Shown here piece by piece: positions 29,202-39,481 of a stretch of 64,000 nucleotides of DNA. The notes beneath the pieces were generated by a model, which saw only the letters and a program-made list of their open reading frames with translations, was not told the origin of the DNA and ran no database searches. A program made the translations under genes and the position numbers. The stretch comes from Verrucomicrobiaceae bacterium (lineage in GTDB: Bacteria; Verrucomicrobiota; Verrucomicrobiia; Verrucomicrobiales; Akkermansiaceae). How positions within the stretch are numbered: the stretch's first letter is position 1; each line of letters begins with the position of its first letter. The stretch covers positions 1-64,000 of the forward strand of contig JBPOGH010000011.1 in NCBI GenBank assembly GCA_051252135.1. The letters are read 5' to 3'.

Positions 29202-31046
29202 CTATCCCGCCTCAGGGAGAGTGAGCTGAAAACAAGCCCCCCCGGTCCGTGGTCTCGCAAGTCGGAGGTCCCCTCCAAGCGCTCTCGCCAATCGCTTGCA
29301 CAGCGCAAGCCCCAGCCCCACCCCCGGCTTCGAATGCGCTGCCTCCTGGGCGGACTTGTGAAATGCCATGAAAAGCCGCTTCTTCTCCCGTTCATCCACC
29401 CCAACCCCATTATCCGAAATCTCAAATACCAATCCCCCTCTTTCCTTCCACACATTCAAGGACACATGCCCCTGACCGGATTCCGGCAATCCATACTTGC
29501 AGGCGTTATCGACAAGATTGAAGAGAATTTGTTCCACCGCAGTCACATCCGTCTCCACCTCTCCCAATTCCTCCGTTAAACGAATCGAGAGCGCTGCATT
29601 CTCCTGATCAACCCGACGCTGAAGGACCGGCCGGATCCGTTCCACCAAATCCTCGATTCCCAGCTTCTCCTTCTGAGCCCGCGCATTCCCACGCTCAATC
29701 TGGGAATAGGACAGAACATTCTCCACCAAATGATTCAGTCTCTCCGACTCACTCATCATCGTCCGGAGATATTCCTGCTTCTTCCCTTCATCGGTCACCA
29801 TGCCTTCGGCCAGCATCTCGGAGTACAACCTAAACGTCGTCAATGGAGTGCGTAGCTCATGCGTCACCGATGACACAAAGGCCGCCCGCCTCTCACTCAA
29901 GCGCACCACCCCGGCCAACAGAAAACCAATCGCCACAATCGCGGCCACCGCAGCCAACCACCCCACCCCAAGTGTCCAATAAATCGGACTGTTCCAGGAT
30001 AAGGTCGCCGCCGGAACCGCCCCAACCTCGATGCGCCAGGGCAAGGAAACCAGCGAAAACGGATCATCGTCCCGGTTCAAGGCCGGAAGAAGCCGACAAT
30101 GATCCAACCCCTCCGGAAGTTGCTCAATGAGATCACTCCGTAGCTTCTCATGATCCAGCCAAATACCCTGATACCGATTGCTCAAACTCCCCTGCACAAA
30201 TCGAACCAGAAACAGCTCCCCCTCGACCCAAACCGGCTGAAACGGAGTCAGGCTTGCCAGTTCATCTCGAGTCCCATTCAAAACCCTTTCATCTGCAACC
30301 TGCGGAGTCGGCATCACCTTTTGCTTCTGCATGGTCCGGGACACCTCCTTCTTCACCAAATCAGAGCGCTTGCTTTGCTCCGTTGTGTTGAGTGCATTGG
30401 CATACTCTACCTGATCGTCATTCGTGTTGGGTCCCTGAAATCCGTTGCTCGTCACAACGCGGTTCCCCCAGTCCAAAGCCGATATCGAAGGCTCATTCCA
30501 CGCCAAGCTACTGACACATGCCCCCGTAAACTTCTGCCGTGAGCCTTGTTGTTCGCTCCCCAAAAGCTTCTCCAGCTCAGCAAACACCACTCGATTTCGT
30601 GAAAGCTGCTCTTCACTCAGCACCTCTTCATCCAAAAGTGAAAGTTTGTCCAATGGCGGCACCTCGGGAGAACGCAACACTCCGTCCTCCCGCATCTCGA
30701 AGTGCAGCCGAATCAATTCATTGCTCTCCGAAAGCAAAGGAGAAGCTCTCACCACCTTATCGCTATATTCCCAATTCCCCAAACGTGAGGTGAAGACGTC
30801 CTCCGGAGAGAAAAACGCCTCATAGTGAAGCGGAGGCCGCTGGTTCTCCACCACCAACAATGCCGCGCCAATCGTATCCATCCGCGACAACGCCAGCCCT
30901 ACCCGTTCACTCACCCGGGCCTCCGATTGCGCCTCCACCCGCTCATTCTCGGATTCCAGCACCCGCTGGGTCATCCAGCCCATCGCGCCGAAAATCACCA
31001 AGGCGCAGAGCAGCAATAGGAGCCATATGGAAGACAATCGTTTCAT
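29202..31046 (-). CDS. Sensor histidine kinase
   Basis: Two TMs flanking a large periplasmic domain; H-box VTHELRTPL, NLVDNACKY, DNGVG, GVGLGL. Confidence 0.95.
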   Translation of the reverse strand: MKRLSSIWLLLLLCALVIFGAMGWMTQRVLESENERVEAQSEARVSERVGLALSRMDTIGAALLVVENQRPPLHYEAFFSPEDVFTSRLGNWEYSDKVVRASPLLSESNELIRLHFEMREDGVLRSPEVPPLDKLSLLDEEVLSEEQLSRNRVVFAELEKLLGSEQQGSRQKFTGACVSSLAWNEPSISALDWGNRVVTSNGFQGPNTNDDQVEYANALNTTEQSKRSDLVKKEVSRTMQKQKVMPTPQVADERVLNGTRDELASLTPFQPVWVEGELFLVRFVQGSLSNRYQGIWLDHEKLRSDLIEQLPEGLDHCRLLPALNRDDDPFSLVSLPWRIEVGAVPAATLSWNSPIYWTLGVGWLAAVAAIVAIGFLLAGVVRLSERRAAFVSSVTHELRTPLTTFRLYSEMLAEGMVTDEGKKQEYLRTMMSESERLNHLVENVLSYSQIERGNARAQKEKLGIEDLVERIRPVLQRRVDQENAALSIRLTEELGEVETDVTAVEQILFNLVDNACKYGLPESGQGHVSLNVWKERGGLVFEISDNGVGVDEREKKRLFMAFHKSAQEAAHSKPGVGLGLALCKRLARALGGDLRLARPRTGGACFQLTLPEAG

Positions 31047-31729
31047 GAGACAGCGAGCCGATACCCCCTCCCCCGAATGGTGGCGAGAACGGATTGATCG
31101 GTATCGTTCAGCTTCTTGCGCAAGTGCGCGATGTGCATGTCCACCGTCCGCGTTTCAATCTTATGGGGGTCGATTCCCCACACGTGACGAAGCAACTCAT
31201 CCCGGGGCACCGGGCGATTCGGATTTGCCAGAAAATAACGGAGCAACGCGACTTCCCTTTCTGAAAGCTCCACCTTGGAATCTTCACGTCTCACTTCGGA
31301 AGCTGTCAAATCCACCGTGCATCCCGAAAGTTGGTGAACCTCACCAAGTGGCTGTCGCTCGGTAGCTCGCCTCAACACCGCGTCAACTCTCGCGAGAAGC
31401 TCCCGCGCACTGAACGGCTTCACCACGTAATCATCAGCGCCCATCTTCAACCCGGTAACCCGATCGTTCTCCTCTCCCTTCGCAGAGAGAATGATCACCG
31501 CTTGCCCCGCCCGCGATTTTCCAAGGGCTTCCAAAATGTCGAACCCGGTGAAGTGAGGCAATATCAGGTCCAGCAAAAGCAAGTCATACCGGGCGGACAA
31601 CGCCTTCTCCTTCCCCTCTGCTCCATCCGCGGCTGAGATGACCTCATAGCCGGCAAATCTCAGGGCATCGACAACCCCCTGCCGCACGGCGGCATCATCT
31701 TCAACGACGAGTATGGTGGGAGTTGTCAT
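31043..31729 (-). CDS. OmpR/PhoB family response regulator
   Basis: VEDD, LLDL, GADDYVVKPF, TRTVDMHI, TIRGRGY. Confidence 0.96.
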   Translation of the reverse strand: MTTPTILVVEDDAAVRQGVVDALRFAGYEVISAADGAEGKEKALSARYDLLLLDLILPHFTGFDILEALGKSRAGQAVIILSAKGEENDRVTGLKMGADDYVVKPFSARELLARVDAVLRRATERQPLGEVHQLSGCTVDLTASEVRREDSKVELSEREVALLRYFLANPNRPVPRDELLRHVWGIDPHKIETRTVDMHIAHLRKKLNDTDQSVLATIRGRGYRLAVS

Positions 31730-31797
31730 AGTGATCGAATAACCTGACGGGAACCCCGGTCCCCGCCGTTCATACCAAAAGGTCGGGAGCCGAACGA

Positions 31798-32925
31798 TTA
31801 CTTCTTTTCGAACTGAAAACCCTGTTTGGCAGCCTGCTCCCGAACTGTCTTCGTCACCGCCACATCCAGGGTCGCATTCCCGGATTGCTCCACTCGCTTC
31901 GCAGCAACATAAGCCGCCCTCTCTTTGTTAAGCTGCCTGATCCGGGTTTGAATCGCCACTCGGGCCTTCCGCTTTTCAGCGACATACTTCTTACGATCTT
32001 CAAGATCGAGCTTCTGCATCTCCTTCGGAAGCTCTTCCTTTTTCAACGTCGTCCAATCGAACGATGCGGTCGCACTGGCATCGCAGAGATCCCAATTTCC
32101 GTTCCAGTAATTCTGGGTCGCCTTCGCCACCGCACGCTGGACCAGCGCACCTGACTCCTTTTTTTGAAATGAGTTCTCATCCTGCACTCCTTGTTGAATC
32201 TTCTTTGTCTGACCAATTTTCCCGAAGGGAATATAAGTCTTATTGAGATCATCATTGAGCTGCACAATTTTGGCATCCTGAGGAGCATTCACATGGACCA
32301 CAGCGGCATTGTGATCGATCACCAGATAACTCCCTCCCGCCACCAACAACCCGGTATTCCAGTTTCCCTGAAGCCCAACGTCTTCCCGACCACAATGGAT
32401 GGTGTTGACAACCACTCCTTTTTTAACCGCCTCGGCACAGGCACTCCGTGGGTTGATCGGCCCTTGGCTGAATGACTCATTCCCCGCGATGAAAATCGCT
32501 TTATAAACCTTCGGTGAGGCATCCCACTTGAGATCGGCAATCGCCCTTGTGATCACCGCCCCACAAAATTCATCTCCGCCAGCAGTGGACAACCCGAAGA
32601 GATCCTCACTCACCTGATCCAAATCACGCGTAAACGGCTGAATCTGCCGAATCCAATCCGCCTTGTGATCAAGGCGGCTGTTTCCATACTCATACAGAGC
32701 CACCTCGACAAAAGGTGCCCTTCCATCCTGCTTGGCATCCATGAAGGTATTCACGACTTTCCAAAGCTGGGTTTTCGTTTGCTCAATAAGCCCGGACATA
32801 CTCCCCGAGGTATCCAGTAGAATGGCGAGTTGCACCTTGGTCGGCGCATCAGTCGGAACCTGATGGGCAAATACCGGGGTGGTCAGAGCAGCGGCGAGAA
32901 CGGAGATTACATGTCTTCTTTTCAT
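31798..32925 (-). CDS. Secreted von Willebrand factor A domain protein
   Basis: Signal peptide; MIDAS DTSGSM, GGDEFCG, IFIAGNE. Confidence 0.85.
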   Translation of the reverse strand: MKRRHVISVLAAALTTPVFAHQVPTDAPTKVQLAILLDTSGSMSGLIEQTKTQLWKVVNTFMDAKQDGRAPFVEVALYEYGNSRLDHKADWIRQIQPFTRDLDQVSEDLFGLSTAGGDEFCGAVITRAIADLKWDASPKVYKAIFIAGNESFSQGPINPRSACAEAVKKGVVVNTIHCGREDVGLQGNWNTGLLVAGGSYLVIDHNAAVVHVNAPQDAKIVQLNDDLNKTYIPFGKIGQTKKIQQGVQDENSFQKKESGALVQRAVAKATQNYWNGNWDLCDASATASFDWTTLKKEELPKEMQKLDLEDRKKYVAEKRKARVAIQTRIRQLNKERAAYVAAKRVEQSGNATLDVAVTKTVREQAAKQGFQFEKK

Positions 32926-32934
32926 TACAAGGGA

Positions 32935-32978
32935 AGCCTATCGCAGAACCGGCTTCGCTTGTGTAAATGGACTGTAAA
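32935..32978 (-). promoter_or_regulatory. OmpR-type direct repeat and -10 element upstream of the vWA gene
   Basis: TTTACA-N5-TTTACA (11-bp period, 32962-32978) 21 nt upstream of TAGGCT (32935-32940). Confidence 0.6.
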
Positions 32979-32986
32979 AGGAAGCT

Positions 32987-34336
32987 CTAGCGGTTTGGCA
33001 CCATGGCATACATCCCTGTCGTCATGCACCAGGCCTCGATCGCAGGCATCCTCTTCAGTTCATGACCTTCGCCCCAGGAATCCGTATAGAGCACCTCCTC
33101 CTTCTCTTCATTATAACCCACAATCAGTCGCATATGACCCCCACGCGACTGGGGCATATCCCCCTCCTTAAACATTCCCAAATAGAGGGTCCAACAAATC
33201 GGCACTCCCTGATCAACAAATTCCTTGGTCTTCCTTTTAAAGAAATCGTACTTCGCTTCCCGGGCCTTCACCACCTTGAAGATCTCCGGATTGAGATTGG
33301 CCCAAAATCCCTGCGCGATGATGTAGCTGCGATCCAAATCAATATCGAAGGTTTCAGCGCCCTGCTTCCGCGCCTCTTTCTCATAGGCCTTATAATCACT
33401 GACCGTCTGCTTATAATCATAATCCATCAACTTGAGTGTCCGCACATGAATCCGTCCGGTAAGACGCTTGAAAGCCTTCTCCATCTTATCCGGATAGGTT
33501 CCTTCGGCACTGGTATCCGCGAGCTGGGCCAGTTCGTGCTGATCGACATCGAGCCCAAAGTATCGGGCAACCCGCTCCACACTGGCAACCACGCAATATC
33601 CCTTCTCCCCCTGATCAACCATCGGGACATTGGTCACCAATACGTCCCCATTTTCCTTCTCCACCACATTGTCATCAAGTGATCCCCGGCGCTTTACCTC
33701 CTTCTTGTCCTCCATTGAATCGGCATACCCCATGCGCAGCCGCACAAACTCCACCCGATTCGTCTTCTTCGTCACACTTCCCTCCAGAAGAAACACAATT
33801 CTACCCTTCTTCCACATCCATCCGTCGATCGATACCGCCCCGGCTTTGTGTCGCTCCTCCGGACGCTCCTTCAACTTGTCATCCAGCCCGGACTTCCACT
33901 GACGCATGAGTGCGTCATAGTCATCCCTCAACATCGTTCCATCGTCTCCACGATTGAAAATCGAGAGCGAGGCATTGCCGACTTTCCCACCCTTCCCCCG
34001 CACCACAATCTCTCCCACATCCAGTCCCATCAGGGAAAACTGCCCCCCCGGAGCCCTGATCGCCTTCTGCGCCGACGAGAGCCACTCGAACCCGTTCACA
34101 CTTCGAAACATCTCGGGAACCTCATGCCCGCTCTCGCTAATTTGGCGACGAAGCTCCGGATCGAGAACCACCTTCACCTTCATCGTTTCACCATAGGATT
34201 TTTGAATTTCCTCCAATGGCTGAGTCCACAATTTGGCGGTCAAAAATGTCTCATCGAGAGCCTTGCGACTCCCTTCCTTGTCTTCACCCAATAACGAACT
34301 GCACAGTACCAGCAAAAGGGTGAAATACCTAATCAT
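32987..34336 (-). CDS. Secreted protein with C-terminal C39-like cysteine peptidase domain
   Basis: Signal peptide; QGEKGYC, GGHMRLIVGY, YTDSWG catalytic pattern. Confidence 0.75.
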   Translation of the reverse strand: MIRYFTLLLVLCSSLLGEDKEGSRKALDETFLTAKLWTQPLEEIQKSYGETMKVKVVLDPELRRQISESGHEVPEMFRSVNGFEWLSSAQKAIRAPGGQFSLMGLDVGEIVVRGKGGKVGNASLSIFNRGDDGTMLRDDYDALMRQWKSGLDDKLKERPEERHKAGAVSIDGWMWKKGRIVFLLEGSVTKKTNRVEFVRLRMGYADSMEDKKEVKRRGSLDDNVVEKENGDVLVTNVPMVDQGEKGYCVVASVERVARYFGLDVDQHELAQLADTSAEGTYPDKMEKAFKRLTGRIHVRTLKLMDYDYKQTVSDYKAYEKEARKQGAETFDIDLDRSYIIAQGFWANLNPEIFKVVKAREAKYDFFKRKTKEFVDQGVPICWTLYLGMFKEGDMPQSRGGHMRLIVGYNEEKEEVLYTDSWGEGHELKRMPAIEAWCMTTGMYAMVPNR

Positions 34337-34395
34337 AAGGTCCGAGGAATACCCCAAATCCACAGGCAAGGTCAATCCGCAAAGGATGACCCGCT

Positions 34396-35202
34396 TCAAT
34401 CAAGAGGCGGAATTCCCAATAGCTCGGGAAGAGCCGTTCGGGGACGATCCGTCAGAATCTCCGGATCACCATTGGTAATCAACACGGTATGCTCGAAATG
34501 ACTCGACGGGCGGCGATCGGAGGAAACCACCGTCCAGCCATCATCCAACCAGTCCACACTCCCCACTCCGGCATTCACCATCGGCTCAATCGCCAGAATC
34601 ATCCCCGGCTTCAGCACAGGCGATCTCCCGGGCGGGCGGTAGTTTGGCACCTGCGGCTCCTCATGAAGCTGACGCCCTACCCCATGGCCCACCAAATCCC
34701 GCACTACGGTAAATCCATGCCGGTTGACATATTCCTCAACCGATCCACATAGGTCGGCCAAGTGATTGCCTGCGCGGGCATGACTGATCGCAATATGAAG
34801 AGACTCTTCAGTGGCGGCCAAAAGTCGCTTTTGCTCACCGTTAATCTTACCGACAGGAACCGTGAGAGCATTGTCTCCAATCCAGCCATTCAGCTTAATC
34901 CCGACATCAATCTTCACCAGGTCGCCATCCTTGATCACCAAATCGCTTCCGATCCCATGAACAACTTCCTCATTCATCGAAATGCAAATCTGACCCGGAA
35001 AACCCCGGTAGCCAAAAAAGGCACTCTTCACCTTTCGCTCCTCCATCAACTCCTTGGCATACTCATCAATCTCCAGTGTCGTTTTACCTGCTTCGATAAA
35101 CTTGGCCGTGCCCTGCAACACTTCGCTGGCCACTTTCCCCGCCGCCCGCATTTTATCCATTTCGTGGGGAGTCTTAATTGGGATTCTTGTCTTCTTCGCC
35201 AT
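34396..35202 (-). CDS. map: Methionine aminopeptidase type I
   Basis: NEEVVHG, IDVG, GHGVG, HEEP, AIEPM, HFEHT. Confidence 0.97.
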   Translation of the reverse strand: MAKKTRIPIKTPHEMDKMRAAGKVASEVLQGTAKFIEAGKTTLEIDEYAKELMEERKVKSAFFGYRGFPGQICISMNEEVVHGIGSDLVIKDGDLVKIDVGIKLNGWIGDNALTVPVGKINGEQKRLLAATEESLHIAISHARAGNHLADLCGSVEEYVNRHGFTVVRDLVGHGVGRQLHEEPQVPNYRPPGRSPVLKPGMILAIEPMVNAGVGSVDWLDDGWTVVSSDRRPSSHFEHTVLITNGDPEILTDRPRTALPELLGIPPLD

Positions 35203-35209
35203 GATGGTA

Positions 35210-35842
35210 TTAAAGTGAAAGTTGGGTAATGATCGAGCGGTGAACCTCATCCGGCGAGCCCAGAGCTTCAACGCGGGTCAGCCTTGCAGAGTTCTCATAG
35301 AAATCGACCACTGGAAAGGTTAAGGTTTCAAATTCACGGAGTCTGCTTTCAAAACGCACCACGTCATCATCCTCCCGTGGAGCCATATCGCCGCCGCACT
35401 TTGAACAAATCTCCGTCTTCCCTCGTGACGTCACCCAATGGCAGGCCCCGCACTCGAGGCGCCCCGTAACACGCCGTCGGAGCTCCTCTGTCGGAACATC
35501 CAAAAAAACCGCGAGAGGAAGTTGCAAGCCGAGAGATTCAAAAGTCCTATCCAGAGCCACTGCCTGATCGACAGTTCTGGGGAACCCATCAAGCACTGCG
35601 TGGCCCTTCTGACCTCTTAGCCACTCCAGCACCATGGGAACCATAATCCCGTCAGGCACATATTCTCCCCGATCAAGAAATGGCCGGGCCTCTTCACCAA
35701 AAGGCGTCCCATCTCGAAGCGCACTCCGTAAGAGCCCTCCGGTACTGAGATAGGACAGCCCGGCAGACTCCGCCAGTCGTCTTCCCTGTGTTCCCTTTCC
35801 CGATGCCGGAGCACCGAGAAAGACGAGGGATTGCTTCAGCAC
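35210..35842 (-). CDS. adk: Adenylate kinase (Zn-LID type)
   Basis: GAPASGKGT, LDGFPRT, CxxC...CxxC LID; GTG start. Confidence 0.93.
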   Translation of the reverse strand: MLKQSLVFLGAPASGKGTQGRRLAESAGLSYLSTGGLLRSALRDGTPFGEEARPFLDRGEYVPDGIMVPMVLEWLRGQKGHAVLDGFPRTVDQAVALDRTFESLGLQLPLAVFLDVPTEELRRRVTGRLECGACHWVTSRGKTEICSKCGGDMAPREDDDVVRFESRLREFETLTFPVVDFYENSARLTRVEALGSPDEVHRSIITQLSL

Positions 35843-35848
35843 GGTTGC

Positions 35849-37357
35849 TTACTGGTTAATCAACATGGCCACAATGGCCACGAGCACGATCAGGGCGAGA
35901 ACGGTCCAGAGATAAATCACCGAAGCACTCGAAGCCTGTGCTCCGCCCTGGCCCCGCTGATTACGCCCCTTGATCTTCCCCTTCCGCAGGAATCCGTCAT
36001 AATGACGCTGCAGCAGGTGGGTCTCAATCTGACGCATCATATCGAGAAGCACACCAACCAAAATGAGTAGACTGGTTCCTCCGAAGAATGACGTCACCAG
36101 GGTATTGGCTCCCAATCCAAGGGAAAGTCCAATGAAGTAAGGCAACATGAAAATCAGCGTCAGGAAGATGGCACCGGCAAAGGTCAGGCGGGTCATCGTG
36201 AAATCGAGGAAATCTGCGGTGGGCTTACCGGGGCGAACTCCGGGAATGTAACCGCCACCCTTCTTCAGATTCTCGGCAATCTCACTGGGCTGGAACATCG
36301 TAGCCACCCAGAAGAAACTGAAGAAGAAGATCATCGTGCCCGAGATCAGGTAAAACCAAACATCATTGGGGGAAAGGATGTCCATGAACGTCCGCACCCA
36401 GTCACTGTTTGGAAACATCTGACCAATGATGGTGGCGGGAAGCTGGAGAATTGCCGTGGCAAAAATGACAGGCATCACCCCGGCATAGTTCACCTTGAGC
36501 GGAAGATACTGGGTTCCTCCGGCCATCTCACGCCGACCGGCCACCCGGCGGGCATACTGAACCGCAATCCGGCGCTGGGCCTGGGTGATCGCAATCGTCG
36601 CAGCAATCACAAGCAGGAAGAGAACCACCAAAAGCACAATCAACAAGGGGCTGAAGGCATTCCCCTCACGCTCAACCACGAAGGTTTGCCAGAGGGTCAC
36701 AATGACACCCGGAAGTGCTGAAATGATGTTTACCGAAATGATCAGGGAGATTCCGTTTCCAATGCCGCGCTCGGTAATCTGATCACCCACCCACATCAGG
36801 AAGAGTGTTCCGCACACAATGATCAGAACAGTCATGGCCACGAACCCCGAGCCATAGTCGGGAACCAGTGGTGACCCCACTTCCGTAATGGCCTTGCCAA
36901 TACCCTGCAAAAGGAAATTGCTCTCCGGGTTATCCAATGACTTGGCGAGGAAGAAACCCTGAACCGTGGCAATGAGGATCGTCACATAGCGGGTGTAGGA
37001 GTTGATCTTCTGGCGACCACCATCCTGCTTGGCGAGACGGGCCAACTTGGGGACCACCGCACTCAGGAGCTGCATCATAATCGATGCCGAAATATAAGGC
37101 ATAATGCCCAAGGAAAAGAGTCCCATACTCTGAAGTCCGCCACCGGAGAACACGTTGAGAATGGCTCCAATGCCACCACCGGCTCCATCGGCATTATCCT
37201 TGGCTTGAAGGTCGAGCCACGTGGAGATCACCTCCATGTTCACTCCCGGAAGTGGAATGGCCACTCCAAGACGGACGATGACGATCATCGCCATGGTAAA
37301 AAGAATGCGATCCCGTAGTTCGGGAATCTTCCAGGTGTTTGCGAATGCGGAAATCAT
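35849..37357 (-). CDS. secY: Preprotein translocase SecY
   Basis: LGIMPYISASI, GIGNGISL, IPGVRPG, GGTSLLI. Confidence 0.98.
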   Translation of the reverse strand: MISAFANTWKIPELRDRILFTMAMIVIVRLGVAIPLPGVNMEVISTWLDLQAKDNADGAGGGIGAILNVFSGGGLQSMGLFSLGIMPYISASIMMQLLSAVVPKLARLAKQDGGRQKINSYTRYVTILIATVQGFFLAKSLDNPESNFLLQGIGKAITEVGSPLVPDYGSGFVAMTVLIIVCGTLFLMWVGDQITERGIGNGISLIISVNIISALPGVIVTLWQTFVVEREGNAFSPLLIVLLVVLFLLVIAATIAITQAQRRIAVQYARRVAGRREMAGGTQYLPLKVNYAGVMPVIFATAILQLPATIIGQMFPNSDWVRTFMDILSPNDVWFYLISGTMIFFFSFFWVATMFQPSEIAENLKKGGGYIPGVRPGKPTADFLDFTMTRLTFAGAIFLTLIFMLPYFIGLSLGLGANTLVTSFFGGTSLLILVGVLLDMMRQIETHLLQRHYDGFLRKGKIKGRNQRGQGGAQASSASVIYLWTVLALIVLVAIVAMLINQ

Positions 37358-37383
37358 GGTCGGTAGGTTAACGCTGAAATTAT

Positions 37384-37836
37384 TTAGGGGTTCCCCTCCC
37401 CCTTCACGGGGACGGACTCATGGAGTCCGGCGAGGATATCGTTGATTTTAGATGAGGCATTCTTCGAACTGAAAAATGCGCTTTGTGCCTTAAAAAAGGC
37501 CTCATGGGCTTCGGCCTGCCCCGGAAGGTTGGCCAAACGGAGAACGTCTTCTTCAGAGGGCTTCTCCAAAGCAGAAGTGCGGGACCGCAAGTCGCGGAAC
37601 GAGGAAACAAGAACAGCAAGCTTCTCAGCTCCGGCGTCGACCCCACCATTGTTGGCCATCTCCTCGAGGACGGTGGCCATTTCGTGGTAAAGTCCCGCCT
37701 GCTCCTTCATCAACCCCTCATGGGAATCTTTGGAAGAACAGGAGGTCAGAGACATCAAAAGTCCCAACAACGCAAAAAACGCTGTAGCCCGGAGACCCGA
37801 GCCCAACGTTGTAGAGCGTGAGAAGGAGGTATTCAC
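37384..37836 (-). CDS. Hypothetical lipoprotein between rplO and secY
   Basis: GTG start approximate; hydrophobic stretch ending in lipobox LTSC, helical mature region. Confidence 0.65.
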   Translation of the reverse strand: MNTSFSRSTTLGSGLRATAFFALLGLLMSLTSCSSKDSHEGLMKEQAGLYHEMATVLEEMANNGGVDAGAEKLAVLVSSFRDLRSRTSALEKPSEEDVLRLANLPGQAEAHEAFFKAQSAFFSSKNASSKINDILAGLHESVPVKGEGNP

Positions 37837-37858
37837 AAGAATGTGAAAAGCGGACGGC

Positions 37859-38302
37859 TTAGAGCTCGACCGAGCCTCCTGCTTTCTCGATTTTTTCCTT
37901 AGCTGAGGCGCTGGCAAGATCAACAGTGACCTTGAGCTTCTTGCTGGTTTCACCCTGGCCGAGAAGCTTGATCTTATCAGCTTGCCCCTTAACAAGACCC
38001 GCATCACGAAGAGTGGCCTCATTCACCTCGGCACCGTCATCGAAAAACTTCTCCAACTGGGAGATGTTCACGATGGCAACAGTGTCACGGAATTGAAGGT
38101 TGCTAAAACCACGCTTGGGAAGTCGGCGATGCAAGGGCATCTGACCACCTTCGAAGCCCGGACGGACACCACCGCCGGAACGAGCCTTCTGGCCCTTGTG
38201 TCCCTTACCGGAGGTTTTTCCAAGTCCAGAGCTCTCTCCGCAACCGAGACGCTTGCGACGATGCTTGGCACCGGGATTTGGTTTGAGATTGTGAAGATTC
38301 AT
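37859..38302 (-). CDS. rplO: 50S ribosomal protein L15
   Basis: GKTSGKGHKGQKARSG, FEGGQMPL. Confidence 0.98.
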   Translation of the reverse strand: MNLHNLKPNPGAKHRRKRLGCGESSGLGKTSGKGHKGQKARSGGGVRPGFEGGQMPLHRRLPKRGFSNLQFRDTVAIVNISQLEKFFDDGAEVNEATLRDAGLVKGQADKIKLLGQGETSKKLKVTVDLASASAKEKIEKAGGSVEL

Positions 38303-38395
38303 AACAATGAACAAATGAGTGTTTAATATTGGACGGTTGGTAGAGCGGCAGCGCACAGAACTCAAAAAGTCACCCCGTGCACTGCAAAAGCTCGT

Positions 38396-39073
38396 TTAGA
38401 TGGCCTTCTCTTTCTTCTCCTTGCCGCGAAGCTTAAGAACTTGATCGCGGGTCCGGAGCTCACTGAGAGCCTTGAGAGTGGCTTTCACCACGTTAGCGTG
38501 ATTGTTGGAGCCAAGAGACTTGGCAAGAACGTCGTGGATACCGACTGCTTCGCAGACTGCACGGACTCCCCCACCAGCGATAACCCCGGTTCCCGGAGAT
38601 GCCGGCTTGAGAAGGACCTTGCCACCACCATACTCGGCGTAAACCTCATGAGGAATGGTGTTGCCCTGAAGATTCATTTTCTGAAGGCTCTTGCCTGCGA
38701 TACCGGAAGCTTTTTTGATGCACTCGGCGACCTCATTGGCCTTACCGAATCCAACACCGACACTCCCCTTGGAATTTCCGGAGACGACGAGAGCAGAGAA
38801 GCTGAAACGACGTCCACCCTTTACGACCTTGGAACAACGGTTGATGAAGACCACCTTTTCGGTGAGTTCATTACCATCTTTGTCGGTAGGAACCGGAGGA
38901 GCCTCACGTCGGAAGCCACCACCACGGTTGTTACCACCGCCACGGTTGAAACCACCACCGCGGTGATCACCGCCACGGTTGTCACCACCAGGCTTGTTGT
39001 CGCCCGCAGGCTTGGCATCGGCTGCAGCTGGAGTTGCATCTGCAGCAGGCTTTGAATTTTCGTTAGTTGCCAT
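38396..39073 (-). CDS. rpsE: 30S ribosomal protein S5 with RGG-rich N-terminal extension
   Basis: [22 protein letters not shown]. Confidence 0.98.
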   Translation of the reverse strand: MATNENSKPAADATPAAADAKPAGDNKPGGDNRGGDHRGGGFNRGGGNNRGGGFRREAPPVPTDKDGNELTEKVVFINRCSKVVKGGRRFSFSALVVSGNSKGSVGVGFGKANEVAECIKKASGIAGKSLQKMNLQGNTIPHEVYAEYGGGKVLLKPASPGTGVIAGGGVRAVCEAVGIHDVLAKSLGSNNHANVVKATLKALSELRTRDQVLKLRGKEKKEKAI

Positions 39074-39093
39074 TTTTGTTTCGGAGCGAGTTT

Positions 39094-39450
39094 TTAGAAT
39101 TTCAGACCACCGTCACGGGCAGCATCAGCTAGGACTTGGACTTTGCCGTGGAAAAGATGACCACCACGGTCGAAGACGACGGCTTCGATCTTGGCTTCCT
39201 TGGCGCGGGTAGCAATCAGTTTGCCCACCGACTCGGCAGTGGCCTTGCTTGCTCCATTTGCTTCAACTTCCTTATCAAGGGTTGAAGCAGCACAAAGGGT
39301 TTTTCCAGCGATATCATCGATCACCTGGGCGTAGACATTTTTGTTGGAAAAATGCACAGCAAGGCGTGGCTTGACTGCCGTCCCGCTGATCTTTTTACGG
39401 ATACGACGGTGAACCTTCTGGCGGATTTTCTTACGGTTGAGAGTACTCAT
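39094..39450 (-). CDS. rplR: 50S ribosomal protein L18
   Basis: [19 protein letters not shown]. Confidence 0.98.
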   Translation of the reverse strand: MSTLNRKKIRQKVHRRIRKKISGTAVKPRLAVHFSNKNVYAQVIDDIAGKTLCAASTLDKEVEANGASKATAESVGKLIATRAKEAKIEAVVFDRGGHLFHGKVQVLADAARDGGLKF

Positions 39451-39481
39451 GGAAGTTTGGAGATTAGTGTTAGGGTTCCGT

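Noticed and set aside
38920..39010. Short tandem repeats in rpsE (and rpsC tail) as CRISPR or VNTR
   Set aside because: In-frame low-complexity RGG coding repeats with no spacer structure; no CRISPR array or cas gene seen in the window
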